Source of the DNA: Toensbergia leucococca
Taxonomy: Eukaryota
Length of the DNA stretch: 40,224 nucleotides
Direction of reading: 5' to 3'
Assembly (NCBI GenBank): GCA_022813965.1
Contig: JALDZS010000207.1
Span: 1-40,224 of the forward strand
Shown here: piece after piece, positions 33,801 to 40,224 of the stretch
Layout of the letters: the number at the start of each line of letters is the position of its first letter
Position numbering within the stretch: position 1 is the stretch's first letter
Made by a program: the position numbers and the translations under genes
Notes under the pieces: generated by a model
The model's database searches: none
What the model saw: the letters and a program-made list of their open reading frames with translations, nothing else
What the model was told of the DNA's origin: nothing

Positions 33801-35139
33801 CGTTGTTGCATCGACATCGTATTCAATGTAGAGTAATAACAACGAGTCATGCGGCAGATGAGATAACAGCAAACAAGCCCAATTCGACGAGGTTGGGGAG
33901 CCTTATCTAAGACAGCCCACAGGCGAAGATGATTTCATTACTTATTACAATTGGTGATGTCGGCACCTACCTATTACAAATTGGCCCTTGCCGGAGCGTC
34001 TCGGTGAAGAGCGAGGCCTGAGGCCTGAGGTCTGTGGTCGTTAATACTCTTAGATTAACAGAATTATACGACATTGAGCGTCGCATCGAGATTGGAGTGT
34101 GTTCCCGCCTTATCTACTCGTATTATATCACGCACACCCTCATCTCCACCTCTGCCTCCAAGGCTCCACCTCCACCCCTACCCCTACCTCCTACCCGTCG
34201 ATCGCCTGGCACCGAGGCACCGAAGATCTCACGTGGCAGATCATCGAACCATCGTCCGCTTCAAGTCCGGACATTTGAAATCTGGATCATGGCTGCTGTG
34301 TCACCCAGACGTCTGCATCTTCCCTGATGATCCGATCTCAATCTAACTCCAGCATTTGGTCGTACGCAATGAATGTCCACAGCGGCTGTTGTAGCTTCGT
34401 TTCACGTCGTACCAAGTCGTACAGAATCACTACCTTTCGCCTTACCCCATCCTCCACCTTCTTCTCCAAAGTTTCCTCGTATTTCGCTCTGGCGCGATGC
34501 GGCTGTCGATCGCATTTGCGATCTCCCACTAATCCTTGTGTGAGCTGGGCCTTCGGACATAGGTAGCCTTGCGCCGTCGCCTCAAAAGACAGTCCAAGAG
34601 TCCTGTTAGGTATTGTCTAGTTGATATTGAAAACATCTACAAGTAGGTAGTGAGACAGTCAACTAATCATTACGTGCTCACATTTGAATTGTTGACATTC
34701 TATCATCAATCTTCCCAATTTGTCCTTGGCGCCATCCTGCCTGTTCCGGAACGCAAGTGTTCCACTCTCCATATCGGATTCTTTGTGCGCCCATTTCCCA
34801 ATCTGTACCAGTTCTGTGTCTTTCTGTCCTTCTTAGGGCATATACCTTTTAAGTGTTTCATATTTCCATCAAGGTGTCTCCAAGTACTACAAAGGCACAG
34901 TATCTTGATGATCATGTCTCAATTCGATTAGTGTTGTCTTTGCCTAGCTCAACAATATTCGCAATTACGAGGTTTGTGATTTCTTTCAGAGATCGCGAGT
35001 CCAGCGATCTTGCCTAATCTATTAGGCCACACAGTGGGATCTCTTGATCTACGAATGAAATTTTGGAAACAATCAATTCAGAAGAGACTCTACTATCCAG
35101 ATTTGATGATAGCTTTCATGAAGTAAGGTAGGCTATGCC

Positions 35140-36537
35140 CTGAGTATCACAAATCTCTTGGAAGCTGGCAAAGCATTAGGTGTCTTGGGTATCCCATGTT
35201 CATGCCAATCCGTTCCCCACATATAAAAGGCTGAAAGCTTGTTAGAAAGAGTCAACTCGCGGTAGTTTTATCTAGACGCGAGGCACTCACCTGAAATCCA
35301 TGCTTTGAAAGTAGGTCTGTTCACGAGCAACCATTGAAATGGGGGCACACCGTCGGCTATCCAAAGGCTCTCGACGACATGATCCCGAAGCTCTTGAATA
35401 TAAGGGAAACGATCTACCAGCACAGACTTCTGATCCAACACGGTCCTGAATATCAACGCTGATCATACGTTGATGTTGTTAGCGTTTAGTGCTTTGATCA
35501 GATTTAGCAATAAAAACCTCACATTTGGGAAATGTTTCTCCTGATGGCAGCTCTTCGCCAGTTGCGTGGATCTCATGAAGACCGTCAAGGAGTGCTACAC
35601 TCGGCCTACCGAAGAAGAAATCGATGTTAGGATTTCTCCCATATCCATTCAAATTCTGGAAGCCCTTGTCACCGGGTTTGAGGGCCCAATTGTTCTTTCG
35701 CTCGAAATCAGAGATGTAAGGCGGGAACTGTGACGCTTTTAATGACGGAGATTGGATGCTTTGCAAGGAGGAGATTTTGCTGTAAAGCTGTCTCATGTAA
35801 GAATCGCAAAAGGCAATATACTCAATAGTTTTCAAAGAGCTGTACTTTTTGGTGTCTTTGTAGCTTTGCTTGGTGATGGTATAATACATGTTGCTGCCGT
35901 CTTTGCAAGGGTCAAATGCCATGGACTTATTATTTACTGTATCTAAGAAAATTGAAGGTGAGCTTGATTCCATTGATCCGCAGCAACGCACGTACCTTTG
36001 ATTGTATTCCCAAGAGGTCCAGGAACTCCTTTTACACCGGACTTCTTCTGTTTTCTTACTTGCGGCGTACAGTATACGGATATGTTGTGACTACCAGTTC
36101 CACTGACAGTCGCTGCTGTTTCTCCCATAATCCCTGGCTTTCTGATCAACAGCATTCCCGCGACAGTTGGAAAAAAACGTACATTGAAGATACTCGAACC
36201 CTTCGCGGGCATCTCCTTCCATTGATGATTTCTTGCTCAACAATTTAGGGATCACCCAGCTAGTCACGAGGCTCATGAAATTTGCATTGAGCGCTCTATC
36301 CGGTATCTTCTGCTGCGCATAATTTTGCAGTGTGGTATTTGCAAATAACACCATGTCCTTTGTTTGACCTAGGACTTTATCTTGCATCCACGAAGCATCC
36401 ACACCATATTGCTTGAGGAACGAATCGCAGGAACTTTGGTCTACTTGCCACGTACATGATGACTTGACTGGAAAGCAGAAGAGCAGAGCAGCAAACAAAG
36501 CCGAGGGAAAAGTGAACTTATTAGAAAAGCATCGCAT
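35140..36537 (-). CDS. Putative secreted, Cys-containing multi-exon protein; divergent, possibly a pseudogene
   Basis: Signal-peptide-like MRCFSNKFTFPSALFAALLFCFPVKSSCTWQVDQSSC. GTACGT/GTGAGG/GTGAGT donors with CTAAC/CTCAC branches link further coding-like blocks (DPCKDG, YIAFCD, ALLDGLHEIHATG, FYMWGTDW). Frame continuity across all exons and the 3' end are uncertain. Confidence 0.5.
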
Positions 36538-37133
36538 GATGACTTCAGGAGGTCGGGTTACTTGCAATAATAAGGGCTGTCAGAAGATGTCAATGCCGAC
36601 GGTTCAGTGCAACGCATTAAGTCTTTTGCTCTCGATGTGGGACCAACGTGAGACAACATGCGACATTTTAGAAAGGGAAATCGAAGCAGCTTGAATACAT
36701 TGATTGCAACAGTGACTTTGTACATGTTCGGCATTGCCACTGCCAATAGATTGAGGTTATGAAGATCTTGAAAGTGTAAACAGGAGAATGAAGACACGTG
36801 GCTTTGTGAGAGGAGGACGATCTAGAGAAATACGAGTAGTTGGACTGATACTAGTAATGGAGAAGAAATTGGACCGAGTAAGGTAGTCGAGGAGCAGAAG
36901 TAGGTAGTGAGGTAGTTAGTCCATCGAGTGGTAGACGTATTCTATTCTACATTTTACCTCGGCTTCACGAAACCCCAATCGCGTCGATTCGTTGATTTCT
37001 TTTTTCTTTTTGTCACGCTGCCCGACACTCTATCTATTCTACATCGATGCCTAATAGCAGTCCTCGAGTGATGTCAAACACTTCTATAATATCTTGAGCC
37101 CACCTCCTTGAGCCAGACATGTAAATTTCACTC

Positions 37134-37793
37134 ATGTCCTCCTCTCTTCCCTCCTCCATCCCGGATACCCAGCTGGGACTTTCCCAGTCTGAGATCCACA
37201 TTCTGCGCCAACACCAACAGATTGCTCTCTCCCAGCAGCAACAGTCCTACGCCCACTCCACTTCTAGCCGAGGTCGAGGCCATGTGCGCACTCCCCTATC
37301 GTCTTCTTCTCGCGCCGCCAGCGCTGCCTCGTCGGGACATGGAGCTGGCCGCTTAGTGCTGGATCCGGGGAGCTTGGCTGTGTTGAATCAGCACTTTGAA
37401 AGGTTGATGGGAGCTATTCAGAACAGGGTGGAAAATGTATGTTCGTGCAAGACACGCTCTCTCTTCTAAGAGAGACTTTCTTTGAGCCTCCTTCAGACCG
37501 GGTTCATCTTCTCCATACCACCACAGCATTACTGATAGCGATATCTCTAACTCTGTCCATAGCTCACTGCACAAACCCAAATCTCAACCCACGCACAATC
37601 ATCACGCGCAAGCAACGCCATAGCCGCTGCCGACGCAGAGATAGCTCGTTTTCGGGGAATTCTACGCCAGATTGATGAGCTAGAGGTGGAGTTCGACAAG
37701 GTGAGGCACATTCGGGATATTGTAAAGGGGTTTAGAAGCCGTGTTGAGGGGCTCGAAAGAAGAATGGATGCGAGGCCACGTGGTAGGAGGTAA
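37134..37793 (+). CDS. CNL1: BLOC-1 complex subunit CNL1 (cappuccino-like), 2 exons
   Basis: DTQLGLSQSEIHILRQHQ...SSRAASAASS..GRLVLDPGSL...HFERLM joined (intron about 37437-37562) to coiled coil ADAEIARFRGILRQIDELEVEFDKVRHIRDIVKGFRSRVE. Confidence 0.8.
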
Positions 37794-38699
37794 GGTGCTC
37801 TTGGGGAACAAACAAAGACGCATAAAGATCACTGGACCGCCTTTGGCCCATATGCCGCTAATCAGTTTGTGCTGCCTACCATTGCCGCAAACGTTCCTCG
37901 ACCATTTCGTAAGATCCTGAAAGATTTAAGAAGGGCCACCCCGAGAGCCTGTGCTACCCCCAAGGCGATCCGCTTCCTTGTTCAGCCGATTCGAAGACTT
38001 AGTCTTAGACTGTGGAAATGCACAATCAAACTTCGAAACAAAACCGTCTAACGGATATCATTTCGTTCGGTAAATGAAATCTCTCTCTCTAGTCCTCGAC
38101 TCTAAGATCATGCCTCCCAAGGTTCGCAACCCGACCGAGAAGCATGAGCTTGGCGATCTATCCAGCAATGGGAAGTACTGGGAATAGATCGAAACCACTC
38201 CCCGGCCAACGAGGTAAATATGTCGCCTCCATGGCCATGGCAAGCCATGCCAGCAAATGCCCTTTAGAATCGACCATGGGTGCGCTAGCCATTCTCGCCT
38301 TGGCTTTGCTTTCCATACTCATCCCGAATTCTCGCACGACCCGAGTCATGGCTCGTTGAGTCCAATCCGCCATTGCTAAGAAGACAGTTGTACATTCTAT
38401 TTGTTTGCAATTCCAAATGGTGCTAGATGCTTTGGCCGACTCCTATGCAACTCATTATCACACCACCCTCACAATTACACTATCGGTGTCTACTATCTGA
38501 ACCGAATCGCAGACCCTCCTCTCCTCAAAGTCATTCACGCCAAAATCCGATCCCAAGGGTTGTATACGTACTTCATAACTTCCCGTTACATATAGAGCTC
38601 TTACATGAGGGAAATACTCGCGTCTCTCGCCATCAACAACGGGCGCCAACAGCTCAAGTTCCGGAGAACTAGCATCCATCTCTCACAAAATATGTTCCC

Positions 38700-40224
38700 C
38701 TTCTTCCCTGTTTCGCCCGTCGTTCCTGAAATCTCACCTCTCACCCTCCCAGACCTGTTCTAACCATACCCAACTCCTTCATCTAGCACAAACCCCACTT
38801 TTTCAACCAATCTCTGACTCCCTAATTTCCGCATAGAAAATCCACTTCTTAAACCAAGCTAAAGAAACGAGTCAAACCTCACATATGGTGTCATAACCAA
38901 ACCACAAAATCCCTCGCACTTCCTTCCGCTCCTCCTTCCCAAATCACCCAGCTTCCCTCCTCCCCAACAGCAGTCGTCTCCTCATCTCTCATATCCCCCG
39001 TCCCCCTTACTCAACTAAGGCGCCCACCCGCTAAAGCTCGCAACCCCGCTCCCTCCCCTTCCCCACCACAACCGGAAGGCAACTTTCCCCCCCCATCCCC
39101 ACCCCGCGACCGGTTACAAAACACGCATTCAACGTTCAAAAAAATGTTTATATTGCAAGAATCGAATAAATAAAGACCGAAAAGACCAGGAAAATGCAAG
39201 GTCGCGTATAGATAAAATCTCAGCTTCGCCACAAAAGCCCCTGGATAGGGGGCCATGCCCTTTCCTAAATCCATCTCCAAGCTTCCTATTCACTGGCATG
39301 CCGCATACCCCACCGAGGTTTGATTTCGAAACTTCCCCCCGCGGCCATCAATGAGGCATATCTACCGCCCCGCAATCTCCAAAACCAAAAAAAGCAAAGG
39401 CGGGCACAAAACCCGAGCATCATAATAATAAAATCCCCCTCCTCCCCCTCTCCGCTGGGGCCCGGGCCGCTAGATGCCCCAGCTTTTTTGCTCGAAAAGT
39501 GGGTTGGGTTGTGAAGGGGAGATATCAATTGTGGATTTTTTCTATTTTTTTTTTCCTGGGGGACGGGGGGGAGAATGGGAGTTTTGGAGGGGGGTTAGTT
39601 GTTTTGCGTGTTCTGGGGAATGTGGGGGGGTTTGTTTTTACTTGGGGTTTTTTGGGGGGTTTTGGGGGGGGTGAGGGGGTTGGGATTGGGGTTGTGGTGA
39701 TTTGGTATATATAGAGACAAGGTTAGGTTAGGAAGGGTGAGGGAAGGAGAGGAGAGGGGAGGGTTGTGGTTCAGGAAGAGGGGCGATGCGAGAGGAATTT
39801 TTGAGATGATGATGCTTATTCCATCCATTCATTTTATCTATCTTTTTTGCTTCTTTCACTTTTTTGGGGGGAGGGAAGGAGGGGGGGAAGGTTTGTTCAA
39901 GGGAAGGGAAGGGAAGCAAAATAGACCTGTTACAAAATGGATGAAAAGATGCAAGTTTTGAACTGGAACATGGGGTATGTATATCCGTTACGGATACCCC
40001 GATCACGAATCTCACCCACCAAACCGAACATAAAAAAACAAGTGGAATAGATTTCTGAAAATGGTACCTATCTTTTGGCCTTTTTCTGTTTTTAGGGGGG
40101 GGGGGAGATTAGGATATGGAGGAAGGGGTTGTTTTTGGCTTGGAAAGGATTGGATAGAGAGAGAGAGGGGGGGGGGGGGGGGGGGGGGGGGGGGTGGGGG
40201 TTTTGTATGTGGGGGGGGGGGGAG
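38700..40224. repeat. Low-complexity island: C/A-rich half followed by G/T-rich half, ending in long G tracts
   Basis: C runs 38900-39460, G/T runs 39500-39920, (GA)n then G28 at 40167-40194. Confidence 0.8.

Noticed and set aside
34338..34915. Two minus-strand ORFs separated by an intron-like GTGAGC...CTAACAG segment
   Set aside because: In-frame stops precede the donor and no family is recognisable. At most a gene relic.
38058..38679. Short ATG-initiated minus-strand ORFs downstream of CNL1
   Set aside because: Separated by stops, with no motif. Cannot be distinguished from chance ORFs.
1..40224. CRISPR arrays, tRNA/rRNA, intact transposons, RIP-mutated repeats, secondary-metabolite cluster
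   Set aside because: No repeat-spacer array, cloverleaf, transposase/RT motif, TIR/LTR pair, AT-rich TpA-skewed block or PKS/NRPS gene was seen by eye. Small ncRNAs could be missed without a covariance-model search.

Overview
Eukaryotic DNA from a filamentous ascomycete (Pezizomycotina; short GT-AG introns with CTRAY branch points). A lichen-type Lecanoromycete origin is possible but cannot be shown from the sequence. About 13 genes can be spliced together by hand: a conserved hypothetical protein with a Q/G/Y prion-like tail, HSP12, WBP11-like, SUB2/UAP56, RPR2/Rpp21, a GNAT acetyltransferase, a histidine acid phosphatase, a Svl3/Pam1-like PanE-domain protein, the DASH subunit HSK3, a Gin4/Hsl1-family kinase, a two-finger C2H2 transcription factor, a divergent secreted protein (possibly a pseudogene) and BLOC-1 CNL1. 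Three homopolymer-rich islands lie between them. No tRNA, rRNA, CRISPR array or intact transposon was recognised. The two strongest leads are post-transcriptional. (1) The 482-nt first intron of SUB2 carries nested long-range inverted repeats that would fold it into a large RNA structure, a candidate autoregulatory element. (2) The C2H2 factor has an ~780-nt AUG-free leader with an in-frame ACG in ideal Kozak context, predicting a 96-aa non-AUG N-terminal extension. All exon boundaries and family calls come from manual reading and motif recall, not database searches.
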